A stretch of 64,000 nucleotides of DNA, from the sequence record MK327931.1, one strand, 5' to 3'. The notes under the pieces are model-generated. The model had not been told where the DNA came from and ran no database searches. It worked only from the letters and a program-made list of their open reading frames with translations. Position 1 is the stretch's first letter; each line of letters begins with the position of its first letter. This DNA comes from Escherichia phage vB_EcoM_G17. Below are positions 28,087 through 36,922 of this stretch, one piece after another. The position numbers and the translations under genes are program-made.

Positions 28087-28283
28087 TCCTTATAAAAAAC
28101 AATTAAATATATTGATAATAACAGAATGATTCCAATATGATAGGCATACATAAAATTATTATCTTTGTGATAACCATTGGATTTCAAGTCCCTATATAAG
28201 CATTTAGCATTGTTATAAATTACAACAATAGAAAAAACTATAAAAAAACTCAAAACCCATTCATAAATTGTGTATGCCATCAT
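28083..28283 (-). CDS. small membrane protein (two TM helices)
   Basis: 66 aa, two hydrophobic segments; ATGA overlap with Sir2 gene. Confidence 0.45.
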   Translation of the reverse strand: MMAYTIYEWVLSFFIVFSIVVIYNNAKCLYRDLKSNGYHKDNNFMYAYHIGIILLLSIYLIVFYKD

Positions 28284-28310
28284 CTATTCTCTCTTATAAT
28301 ATTAGTACTT

Positions 28311-28904
28311 TTAATATTTTAAAACATCAAACTCTTCGCTTACGCTTGTTACATTATCACTAACAATTTTAAAAATTGATTTGATACGTTCGTGTAGTGG
28401 TTTTTTAGATTCGTTCTCAACTTCAATATATGCTTGCATTGCTGCAATTGCATGATATGTCCCACTACCTACTGCGGTAATTCTTGTTTTAGGTTGTAGT
28501 ACTGAAAAGTCTTCTTGAACTTCATAGATTGTATGATTGTGGAGAATGATAAATTGTCCACCTCCTACATCTTGTGATGCATCTCGTGCACCCCATTCTT
28601 CTTTAAACATTTGACGAATAATTGGAATAACTTTAAGAACCAAATATTGTGAAAATGTTTGACTAGCATCTTGTTCAGGTAAATTAAGGTTATAATTTAA
28701 CAACTGACCCATACGAAATGATGTAGTATAACCCAATGCCATTACTTCTTTAGTTCTAGTTAGTCCATCATCATGTAACTTGATAAATTCTTTCTCGAAT
28801 ACCTTTGGCTCAGTTTGAACAGTTTTTGTAAATCCATTGCTTCCTAACTTATCCCCAGCAATAAAAGAACTTACTCCGTCAGTGTGTGCAATAATACAGG
28901 TCAT
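28311..28904 (-). CDS. HslV/proteasome-beta-like Ntn-hydrolase peptidase
   Basis: Start at Met24 of track ORF gives MTCIIAHTDGVSSFIAGDKLGSNG (Thr after Met, as in HslV TTIVSV...IAGDGQ) and ITAVGSGTYHAIAAMQA (HslV AIGSGGxYAxAAA); GGAG SD and ATGA overlap with upstream gene. Confidence 0.65.
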   Translation of the reverse strand: MTCIIAHTDGVSSFIAGDKLGSNGFTKTVQTEPKVFEKEFIKLHDDGLTRTKEVMALGYTTSFRMGQLLNYNLNLPEQDASQTFSQYLVLKVIPIIRQMFKEEWGARDASQDVGGGQFIILHNHTIYEVQEDFSVLQPKTRITAVGSGTYHAIAAMQAYIEVENESKKPLHERIKSIFKIVSDNVTSVSEEFDVLKY

Positions 28905-29161
28905 AAAATAGCTCCAATTGCAAATAATGTTGTGTATAAGATATAAATTAGTGCTCCTAACAACATTAGGCACACCAAGTATGAAGTTGATAGTACATAA
29001 TAAATTATTGCTTCGAATTTTGAATTGAACTTCATTGTAGTTGAATCAATAAAGCCATTACGATAATCTTTGTAAATGAAAACTGTTAGAAAAATAACTG
29101 TAGCATACATTACTACAGTAGCATAAAAAATAATAGATGTCAAGTTTTGGATGTTTGTCAT
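28901..29161 (-). CDS. small membrane protein
   Basis: 86 aa, three hydrophobic segments. Confidence 0.45.
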   Translation of the reverse strand: MTNIQNLTSIIFYATVVMYATVIFLTVFIYKDYRNGFIDSTTMKFNSKFEAIIYYVLSTSYLVCLMLLGALIYILYTTLFAIGAIL

Positions 29162-29231
29162 AGTTATATAATCTCAATATAATTAATAACAAAGGAAGTA
29201 CATCATAATCATCCTGTTATTTTAATTATTT

Positions 29232-29855
29232 TTATTGTTTGACTGAACCGTAAAAAACCAGTTCTGGTTTTGTTAATATTACAACATCTTCACCACGAGA
29301 ACGACTAACTCTAAATAGAACTTCTGGTGGGATTCCATTTGCTGCATATAGTGAAAAAAGGAAACCTACCTTTGTTGCCATTTCTTCGGTAAAAGTTGAT
29401 AACTGTCTTACAGACACAAATGAATTATCACCATCAGTAACATTACTTTTAATCGAAATGTTATGAAGACCCAGTACTGAGCGATTTGTCATATATCGCT
29501 TTTCGGGAGATACACTAAAGAATACCACAGTACATGCTGAATTGCAATACCTAGAAACAATTAAATTTATCCCATTGTCTCTAACAAAGTTTGCCATTCG
29601 AATACCTGCATCAAAATCACCACCAGGAGATGTAATTGTGATGGTATCATAGTGTTCTTTATCATACAACTCTATCATACGCTTGAGTGACCCATCTGTA
29701 ATATCTGATATGAAATATACATTTCGGGTTTCAGGATTATACTTTATCACATTTTTACTTTCAATACCAGCACTGGCTGGAAAATTTATTAACAATAGAA
29801 ACATTGCTGCTTGTATCACTTCAAGCCATAGTCTTTTCATATAACAAGTCCTCAA
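29232..29855 (-). CDS. secreted ClpP/S49-fold serine peptidase-like protein
   Basis: N-terminal signal peptide (LLLINFPASAG); ITSPGGDFDAGIRMANF...NSACTVVF parallels ClpP INSPGGxVxAG...AASMGA. Confidence 0.55.
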   Translation of the reverse strand: MRTCYMKRLWLEVIQAAMFLLLINFPASAGIESKNVIKYNPETRNVYFISDITDGSLKRMIELYDKEHYDTITITSPGGDFDAGIRMANFVRDNGINLIVSRYCNSACTVVFFSVSPEKRYMTNRSVLGLHNISIKSNVTDGDNSFVSVRQLSTFTEEMATKVGFLFSLYAANGIPPEVLFRVSRSRGEDVVILTKPELVFYGSVKQ

Positions 29856-30065
29856 TTTTGTTTAGGAAGATATAAATAATATAGTACTTAAACACTTAAG
29901 TCAAACTTTTTCTGTACTTAACTCAAATTTTTAAAAATAAAACTTAAGGTGTACAGTTTATAACAGATCATATCATACCACTGATGTTTTGTCAACTAGT
30001 TCATGGTGCATCTGATGTAAAAAACAAATATATTTCATACTTATATTTAAAAAAGGAAATAAAAT

Positions 30066-30443
30066 ATGAAAGCTATCGCAGCACAAGGTAAACTACCATT
30101 CAATATCGGCGGGTTTTGTGTAACCGCAGCTAATATAAACGGTGAATTGAAATATAACTTGAACATCTTTAATCAACGTTCTAGTTGTGTTTACGATCTC
30201 ATTGATACTGATTTTAATGTTTATCGTTTTGTAACTATCACTAGTTATGATAAAGATAAAATTAGATTAGATGCATCTAAAACAGCATTGGAAATTGCAC
30301 CAACTCTAGCCAAAAATACTTTTTGTATTAAGATTGACGATAGTGCATTTGCTGAATCATTCCAGTTTCATAAAATTAAATTGAGTACTGGGGCGATGAA
30401 ATATCACCCTTGGGATTTGTATTATTGCAACCTCCCAGGTTAA
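30066..30443 (+). CDS. hypothetical protein (only convincing plus-strand gene)
   Basis: AGGAAA SD 8 nt upstream; 210-bp AT-rich upstream region; strong terminator immediately downstream. Confidence 0.6.
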   Translation: MKAIAAQGKLPFNIGGFCVTAANINGELKYNLNIFNQRSSCVYDLIDTDFNVYRFVTITSYDKDKIRLDASKTALEIAPTLAKNTFCIKIDDSAFAESFQFHKIKLSTGAMKYHPWDLYYCNLPG

Positions 30444-30444
30444 C

Positions 30445-30476
30445 AAAAAAGGAGCCTTGTGGCTCCTTTTTTTATT
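30445..30476. terminator. bidirectional rho-independent terminator
   Basis: Stem AAAAAAGGAGCC/GGCTCCTTTTTT with TTGT loop, A-run and T-run flanks. Confidence 0.75.
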
Positions 30477-30729
30477 CTACAGTATTAAGCTTCTGACAAA
30501 TCATATCAGCTTCTACTCGGTCTTTATAATAAATGGTAAATCCAAATCTACTTGTTACCCTTTTCTCACTACGGTGTATACAGTTTACAATATAGTACTT
30601 ATTATTTTGTGCAGAAAAACGAACTTCATAATTTCGAAAAGAAGTATTAGGTTCATCCATAGCAACTATATATAACATAAAAATAAAAAACACTGTTATT
30701 AGAAAAGCAATAATAATTATTACTGTCAT
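30472..30729 (-). CDS. small membrane protein
   Basis: 85 aa, N-terminal hydrophobic helix. Confidence 0.45.
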   Translation of the reverse strand: MTVIIIIAFLITVFFIFMLYIVAMDEPNTSFRNYEVRFSAQNNKYYIVNCIHRSEKRVTSRFGFTIYYKDRVEADMICQKLNTVE

Positions 30730-31217
30730 TTATCAAGACCCTTATCATAAATGCAATTAACAATAATTCCAGCATCTTCCAGTACTTTAATAGCTTCTGG
30801 TGGTGTACGAGGATAATTTTTGAGATAAATTACACGTGAAATCCCACTACCTGCGATCAACTTAGAACAAGTATAACATGGTTGTAGTGTTGTGTAAAGA
30901 GTAGCACCTTGACGTTCAGTAGGAGAACTATAGAGTAAAGCGTTCATTTCAGCATGGATTTCATGAATATTACTCCACTCATGATGTTCATGCTTTGCTT
31001 CATCACTAACCCAGTCTTGAAAACGTCCATCATTGACTAAGTGTTGATTCACATCACAACAATTTGGTTGTTTTGATGGAGTACCATTGTATCCAGTACT
31101 CAATACTCGGTTATTTTTAACAATAACACAACCAACTTTTTGTGAAATACATTTACTTTCCTCAGCAACTACTTCTGCTATCTTCAACCAAGTCGTATGT
31201 TTCATTATAAGCTCCAA
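30726..31217 (-). CDS. cd: dCMP deaminase
   Basis: Zinc motifs HAEMNAL and PCYTCSKLI; T4 cd-like length. Confidence 0.85.
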   Translation of the reverse strand: MELIMKHTTWLKIAEVVAEESKCISQKVGCVIVKNNRVLSTGYNGTPSKQPNCCDVNQHLVNDGRFQDWVSDEAKHEHHEWSNIHEIHAEMNALLYSSPTERQGATLYTTLQPCYTCSKLIAGSGISRVIYLKNYPRTPPEAIKVLEDAGIIVNCIYDKGLDK

Positions 31218-31686
31218 TACTTAACAATGCGTTTTTACACAAATCATGAATTTTCATAACTCGAATATAGTTTAACACATCTGTTTCATTAATTTCAAAT
31301 GGTTTATCTGCATATGTAGACCACGTTTGATTTAATTCAATAACAAATGTAATTTTATCTGTATCCATAATATTATCACAAAATCTACGAAAATCTTGCT
31401 CTTCATCGGAAAGTCTGAAATTTAAATCATTTTTTAAACCATTAACTGTGAAGCAAATACCAGTACTGTAACCGATGCAAATATCTTCAATATCATATAA
31501 TCCATAAATTAATTTAGAGATAAACGTGCTATATTTGTTTCTATGATAATAGTTTAATATTTCTTGTTTAATATTAATTTCAATATCAGTAGTTTTTTGT
31601 AATGTAAGTTTAATTAATTCTAATGTCTTGATTATGTTATCTAACCAGATATTAGTATCATCTATACTTAGGTGTGTGTATTTCAT
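31162..31686 (-). CDS. hypothetical protein
   Basis: 174-aa ORF. Confidence 0.5.
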   Translation of the reverse strand: MKYTHLSIDDTNIWLDNIIKTLELIKLTLQKTTDIEINIKQEILNYYHRNKYSTFISKLIYGLYDIEDICIGYSTGICFTVNGLKNDLNFRLSDEEQDFRRFCDNIMDTDKITFVIELNQTWSTYADKPFEINETDVLNYIRVMKIHDLCKNALLSIGAYNETYDLVEDSRSSC

Positions 31687-32212
31687 TATGTCCCTCTAGA
31701 TTCCAATCATCAACGAGTTTAGAACAAACTTCCATATGATTATAGTACTTTTCATCCAATACATACGGTTTATTATGATATTGTCGTACATCAGTGAATA
31801 TATCATAATTTCTATATATGAATGACATATTTTTATGCATTAATTCTATAGTTTTCCAAATTTTCTCAATATCATATAGAATTGTTTCTAATGACAAACC
31901 TGTTAACTTGGAAATTCTTTCAACTTTAAACCCTGATAACATCATAGTACTGTTGTGTTTAGTTAAGTAACTATATCCAATAGAACTATGTATTAACTCA
32001 ATACTATCAGTGTATGTGATTGTTTTTAGAAATGATTTTATATTTCTATTAAACCAATACCACTTTTTGTTTTTATTATAACAACTATACCATTTCTTCA
32101 ATATATCAATTGCTTCAGAATTAATTTTTAAAGCAAATTCATCAATTAAAAACATATGATGGTAAAAAATATCACTTTGTTCTTCAGTTAAATTATATTG
32201 CTGCATATTCAC
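31658..32212 (-). CDS. hypothetical protein
   Basis: 184-aa ORF. Confidence 0.5.
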   Translation of the reverse strand: MNMQQYNLTEEQSDIFYHHMFLIDEFALKINSEAIDILKKWYSCYNKNKKWYWFNRNIKSFLKTITYTDSIELIHSSIGYSYLTKHNSTMMLSGFKVERISKLTGLSLETILYDIEKIWKTIELMHKNMSFIYRNYDIFTDVRQYHNKPYVLDEKYYNHMEVCSKLVDDWNLEGHNEIHTPKYR

Positions 32213-32290
32213 CTACCCTAGTAACAATGATTCCTTGGGTATTTAGCTCATATAGATCAAAATATGATCAATGGAAAATTGATATACAGC

Positions 32291-32322
32291 AATAAAAATA
32301 GGAATCCCATGATAGGATTCCT
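32291..32322 (-). terminator. rho-independent terminator-like hairpin
   Basis: Stem AGGAATCC/GGATTCCT with 7-nt loop, followed on minus strand by a T-rich tract. Confidence 0.5.
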
Positions 32323-32332
32323 TTTCACAATA

Positions 32333-32779
32333 TTATTTTTGATATGGGGTGTACTGATATTTTTCACAATCAGAAACAGTTAGAACACCTTCATCATAAC
32401 CATATTGAAGTACAAGGTCAAATGCTTTATCAACCATAGCAACAACATCTTTATAACGAACAATCTTATGAGATTGATTCTCAACTGCTTTCATAATCCC
32501 CATTAGCAACCAGCGACCTTCATCGGTGTGTAATTTAGCAAAGCGTGGACGCTTTGTCGCTGCCATAATATCAGTCCATTCAGCTTTAAAAATGTGTGGA
32601 CGTTTTGGAATATCATATAGTGTAGTAGGGAAAGTTACATTATTTTTCTTCATTGCTTCTGCTTGTGCTGCACGATAGCCCTGACGATATAATGGATGCT
32701 GCATTTTTAGCTGTTCAGCACTTAGAACTACTTTTGCTTTGTATGCGTCATAACCATCTTTATATTGTGCATTGGACAT
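32333..32779 (-). CDS. hypothetical protein
   Basis: 148-aa ORF. Confidence 0.5.
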   Translation of the reverse strand: MSNAQYKDGYDAYKAKVVLSAEQLKMQHPLYRQGYRAAQAEAMKKNNVTFPTTLYDIPKRPHIFKAEWTDIMAATKRPRFAKLHTDEGRWLLMGIMKAVENQSHKIVRYKDVVAMVDKAFDLVLQYGYDEGVLTVSDCEKYQYTPYQK

Positions 32780-32780
32780 A

Positions 32781-33098
32781 TTATTCTTTTACCTCATCAG
32801 TTTGAATGTATTTTTTGTCAGAGAATGTACCGTGTTCTTTACGCACAGCTTCTGCATGTTGAACCGCATCAACTGGATTAATGTTCTTTTTAATTAGTAC
32901 TTCATTCATTAATTCAAGTACAATTGCAAAACCATTCAGCACACGCTCAGATTCATCTACATTTTTTAATTCAAGTGCTACTGCACTAATTTGATCGAAC
33001 GCAACATTAATAAAATCGGAATCTTCTAATACATTTGCTACTTCCGTATTATTACGTACTAGTACTTTCATATAATCTCCACAAAGATGATGCCCCAT
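32781..33098 (-). CDS. hypothetical protein
   Basis: 105-aa ORF. Confidence 0.45.
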   Translation of the reverse strand: MGHHLCGDYMKVLVRNNTEVANVLEDSDFINVAFDQISAVALELKNVDESERVLNGFAIVLELMNEVLIKKNINPVDAVQHAEAVRKEHGTFSDKKYIQTDEVKE

Positions 33099-33119
33099 AT
33101 TGAGGCATCAAAATCTATC

Positions 33120-33815
33120 TTACACCCACTCTTCTACACCACCGCGACGCTTAACTAAGTACTTGCCTTCTTCGTTACGTGGACCAAGAATAATACCATC
33201 AATGAAACCATGTTCACCATATTCAAGTGCTTCTTCTGCATTTAACCACAAATCGCGGTCAGCATCTTTTAGTAATTGTTCATGTGATACACCTACAGCT
33301 TCTGCAATTTCTTTGGTCAACAATGTATTCAGTGCATCAGAATGTTGTAGGGAAATCTTCTGGTCTGTAATTAGACCTTGTGTACCAGAACTTACTTGGT
33401 GACACATGAAGTATGAGCGTTTACCACCTAAACGGAAACCTTTAGTCCCAATAACAGATTGTGTATAGCAACCCATTGATGCTGCATAGCCCATTACTAC
33501 AGTGCGAATTGGCGAAATACAAGACTTAGCAACATCTGCAATACCCAAACCTGCGTGTACTGAACCACCCGGTGAACTAATGTAGAATGTAATAGGGGAA
33601 TCACCTTGTGAGTCTAACCATACCAATTGTTGTTTGATGATATGTGCCATTTGATCATTGAAATCAGTATCAAGGAAAATGATACGGTCTTGCATCATAC
33701 GAGATGCTAGATCATATGTACGTTCTGAACCATTAACTTTCTCAACTACGTAAGGAATAGAAATGTTACGTACTTCGCCATTAGCATAACCACCAAACAT
33801 GAATTGTTCAACCAT
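33120..33815 (-). CDS. clpP: ATP-dependent Clp protease proteolytic subunit
   Basis: Collinear with ClpP: ISSPGGSVHAG, catalytic Ser in GYAASMG, His in MCHQ. Confidence 0.85.
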   Translation of the reverse strand: MVEQFMFGGYANGEVRNISIPYVVEKVNGSERTYDLASRMMQDRIIFLDTDFNDQMAHIIKQQLVWLDSQGDSPITFYISSPGGSVHAGLGIADVAKSCISPIRTVVMGYAASMGCYTQSVIGTKGFRLGGKRSYFMCHQVSSGTQGLITDQKISLQHSDALNTLLTKEIAEAVGVSHEQLLKDADRDLWLNAEEALEYGEHGFIDGIILGPRNEEGKYLVKRRGGVEEWV

Positions 33816-33879
33816 TATTAATTTCCTCTATTATTTCGTTGTTGTGAGTATTATATCACTAAGATTTAAAATGTCCAAA

Positions 33880-34320
33880 CTATTTTACTGGAATATTTGA
33901 AAAGAAATCAGTCATCCAATACGCCGTCTCTTTGTTGAATAATACTGGATCAAACTTAAGTAACTCAACATGACTTGTATCATACACGCTTGTATCGGTA
34001 ATGTCAAACAAAGTTTTAGTACTGAATAGTGGATTACTCACTAGAAAGTAGTAATCAGCAGTAGTGCTAATGTCATCATAAAACACACCGTCATACCATC
34101 CATCATCATATACATAAACAGAATCGTCATGAAGATAGTAAACTTCTATATGTAAACTCAAGTTCTTCATGGTTTCAATCATTTTTGCCGTATGAGGATT
34201 TAACTTATTGACATTTTCAAACACATAAGAGTGTTTTTTATTCATATCAACAAATGAAAATATTCGTACTGAACGTATATTCATATTACTCCAAATAAAC
34301 AAGTGAATTAATGAAATCAT
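33880..34320 (-). CDS. hypothetical protein
   Basis: 146-aa ORF. Confidence 0.5.
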   Translation of the reverse strand: MISLIHLFIWSNMNIRSVRIFSFVDMNKKHSYVFENVNKLNPHTAKMIETMKNLSLHIEVYYLHDDSVYVYDDGWYDGVFYDDISTTADYYFLVSNPLFSTKTLFDITDTSVYDTSHVELLKFDPVLFNKETAYWMTDFFSNIPVK

Positions 34321-34669
34321 ATTTCAATTTATCATCAACATAATTCAAATCAACTTTAATCATCGGAGCATGGGAACGTATAGACAGTGTTTCCATAAAG
34401 TACTGATTAAGTTTGTATGTATGGAAAAGATGAATATCTCGTTTCAATACCACCATTACTTCCCCGAACAGATCACAGAGTTCAACTTCAGTGTTAGTTG
34501 GGTCAAACCCATAACGATTCTTTAATGTACGTGGTTCTTTATTTCGATAATAATGCACAGCTTTATTACTATTCACTAACAAGTGATGATATGCATTACT
34601 ATAAACTGAGCAAATAACTCGGCTTGGATAATTGGTATATTCTGGCAGTTCAAAATAAATTAATGACAC
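34286..34669 (-). CDS. hypothetical protein
   Basis: 127-aa ORF. Confidence 0.45.
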   Translation of the reverse strand: MSLIYFELPEYTNYPSRVICSVYSNAYHHLLVNSNKAVHYYRNKEPRTLKNRYGFDPTNTEVELCDLFGEVMVVLKRDIHLFHTYKLNQYFMETLSIRSHAPMIKVDLNYVDDKLKYDFINSLVYLE

Positions 34670-34681
34670 AATATCCTCTCA

Positions 34682-35485
34682 TTAAATTTCAAATACAAAT
34701 TTAGGATTGTAATCAAAATTCTCACAAGCTCCACTGTATGATTCATAGCCTCGTGGATTACAAATGATACGTGTCTTACCAATGTGGTAGTCAAAACTAC
34801 TATGAACATGACCATGAATCCAAACATCAGCACCCAAATCTTCAATGTACTGATCCATATCGGAACAGTAACAACCATTCAGTGAATCATTTTTATATTT
34901 TGGTGAAACACTTTGATAACTTGGTGCGTGATGGGTAACCACGATGACCTTGAAATCATTATCATGCATAAAGCGAACTGTGTCAATAGAATTTTTGATA
35001 AATTGTTTATCTTTGTGATGCATAAACTCAGTATCATCTGGTGTCAGTTTCTTACGCCAAGGCTCTGATGTTGTTCCATGACGGATATGTTTGTAATCGT
35101 TCATCTTCAGACGAGCATCAAACTTCGTCAAAGAATTACCTTTATCGAAGTCTGTCCACAGAGTACTACCAACAAGCAGTACTCCGTCCAGCCATACAAA
35201 TTTGTTTTGCAAAAAGATGAAATTTGGAATCTCATCTTGCATATCGGACAGTACTTTATGCGTTTTGTGGATATTGGAACCATAATATTCATGATTGCCA
35301 GGAACCAGTACTACATTCTTAAACTGCTTACATAGTGATTCTATACCAGTACGGTAACGACTGCGTTTAACTTCATCGAAGTCCCCAGCAATAATCAGTA
35401 CTGTATCACTGTAATCACCACTATGGAGGTAATCAGTCCCACCGTGTACATCAGATGTTACAACAAATTTCATAATCACCTCCAA
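34682..35485 (-). CDS. calcineurin-like metallophosphoesterase
   Basis: Motifs VTSDVHGG, IIAGDFD, VPGNHEYYG, VVTHHAP, HGHVH. Confidence 0.75.
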   Translation of the reverse strand: MEVIMKFVVTSDVHGGTDYLHSGDYSDTVLIIAGDFDEVKRSRYRTGIESLCKQFKNVVLVPGNHEYYGSNIHKTHKVLSDMQDEIPNFIFLQNKFVWLDGVLLVGSTLWTDFDKGNSLTKFDARLKMNDYKHIRHGTTSEPWRKKLTPDDTEFMHHKDKQFIKNSIDTVRFMHDNDFKVIVVTHHAPSYQSVSPKYKNDSLNGCYCSDMDQYIEDLGADVWIHGHVHSSFDYHIGKTRIICNPRGYESYSGACENFDYNPKFVFEI

Positions 35486-35492
35486 TAAATGG

Positions 35493-36911
35493 TTAACCTA
35501 ATGCGTCAATAATACTGTTTGAGAACACTTCAACAGCACTCTCACGAATTTCTAAGATACGAGTATAATCATCACAAGTGTTTTTGTCAAATCTAAATTC
35601 AATAAACACTGGTAAGAACAGTGATGGCTCACCAGTACGCTTGTCGAATACAATGTCATTACACTCAACTGTAACCACTTTACCAATAAGTTCTTGCATT
35701 CTTTCCCAAATGGTTTTAAATGTCCATTCAGCATCTTTCTCTTTGATACCAGTACCCACATTAACTTTCAATGAACCACAAGCACTTTCCAGTTGTAAAG
35801 AACCTAGGCTTCCTTTACGTTTACCTTCACCTTCATTGAAACCAACAATACGTAAGTCCAGTTGCATTTTCAATTTCATTTTCAACTGCTTAGGTGAAGT
35901 ATGAGATTTCCAGATACCATCTTCACATTTCAGTACTGAACCCTCTTCACCTTCGTTCATTAGTTCACTATTGTACTCAAATGCTTCTTTGATGTTTAGA
36001 ACTTTACGGAATCCAACCATACGAACAAAATCACTATTGAGTTCGTTAATTGCATCTACTAAGATCTCGCGACGTTCTTTACGTTTTACATCCCATACAC
36101 CTTCACAAAATGCATCATATGGAACAACATCCCATAGAACGAATACAGTACGCATTGCTTCATTCTGACTGATGCTATCTTTACCAGCTTTCTGAATTAT
36201 ACCGTTGCCAGTAGTGCGTGGGAGAATGGTTTCTCCATCATTGTCCAGTACTACACCTTCCCCCATAAAGACTACACCACTACTAAAACGTTCATCTTTA
36301 CTTTGGATGATGTGAGCAAGACCTGCCATCTCACCATCACGACAACCCAGGAAGTCGTATAGTTTACCATTACGGGATGTAGAAGTTAATGAACCATTAA
36401 TGACAACGTGGTTTAAGTACTGACCATCCATTTTCACTTCTGATATAGCGTAACCATAATCTTTGAAGTTGATGTTCTTTGCAGTCTTTTTGTCAATCAA
36501 AGAACAACGCATATATGGTTCGTCTTTGATGAATCCTTTACCAAACACATCATTGCAGTTCTTCTCCTGAATACCACAATCAAGGTTCTTAGTGAGCATT
36601 CTACGTAGAACTTCCTGATCATCTTCAGATACAGAACCCAGTACTGAAGCAATGAAATCACGCCCCGCATTTCCTGTCACATCACGCTTGTAAATGCATT
36701 CTAGCTTATCAATTGCTTCATCTAACGTCATATGTTGATATACGTCATCAGCGGCAGGGAGCTTCTTATAGCCACTAACGATAGAAGGGTCTAGAGTATA
36801 TTTCAGTACTTTTTGTAAAGTTACATTATCTTTATTTTGTTCAAGAATAGCCTTTTTGCCCAGAGTACTGCTAGTATTTTTAATGCTTTCAAGAATTGCT
36901 AAAATGCTCAT
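35493..36911 (-). CDS. ATP-dependent DNA ligase (T4 gp30-like)
   Basis: Adenylation motif I KMDGQ; N-terminus and DQEVLRRMLTKNLDCG resemble T4 DNA ligase as recalled. Confidence 0.85.
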   Translation of the reverse strand: MSILAILESIKNTSSTLGKKAILEQNKDNVTLQKVLKYTLDPSIVSGYKKLPAADDVYQHMTLDEAIDKLECIYKRDVTGNAGRDFIASVLGSVSEDDQEVLRRMLTKNLDCGIQEKNCNDVFGKGFIKDEPYMRCSLIDKKTAKNINFKDYGYAISEVKMDGQYLNHVVINGSLTSTSRNGKLYDFLGCRDGEMAGLAHIIQSKDERFSSGVVFMGEGVVLDNDGETILPRTTGNGIIQKAGKDSISQNEAMRTVFVLWDVVPYDAFCEGVWDVKRKERREILVDAINELNSDFVRMVGFRKVLNIKEAFEYNSELMNEGEEGSVLKCEDGIWKSHTSPKQLKMKLKMQLDLRIVGFNEGEGKRKGSLGSLQLESACGSLKVNVGTGIKEKDAEWTFKTIWERMQELIGKVVTVECNDIVFDKRTGEPSLFLPVFIEFRFDKNTCDDYTRILEIRESAVEVFSNSIIDALG

Positions 36912-36922
36912 TGTATATTCCT

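Noticed and set aside
25123-28129. Plus-strand ORFs 25123..25389, 25921..26103, 27058..27324, 27595..27825, 27932..28129
   Set aside because: Antisense to the PhoH, Nudix and Sir2 genes, which have clear catalytic motifs.
29856-30065. Sigma70-type promoter for the plus-strand gene
   Set aside because: Only weak hexamers (TTGTCA, TATATT) at non-canonical spacing; not reported as a feature.
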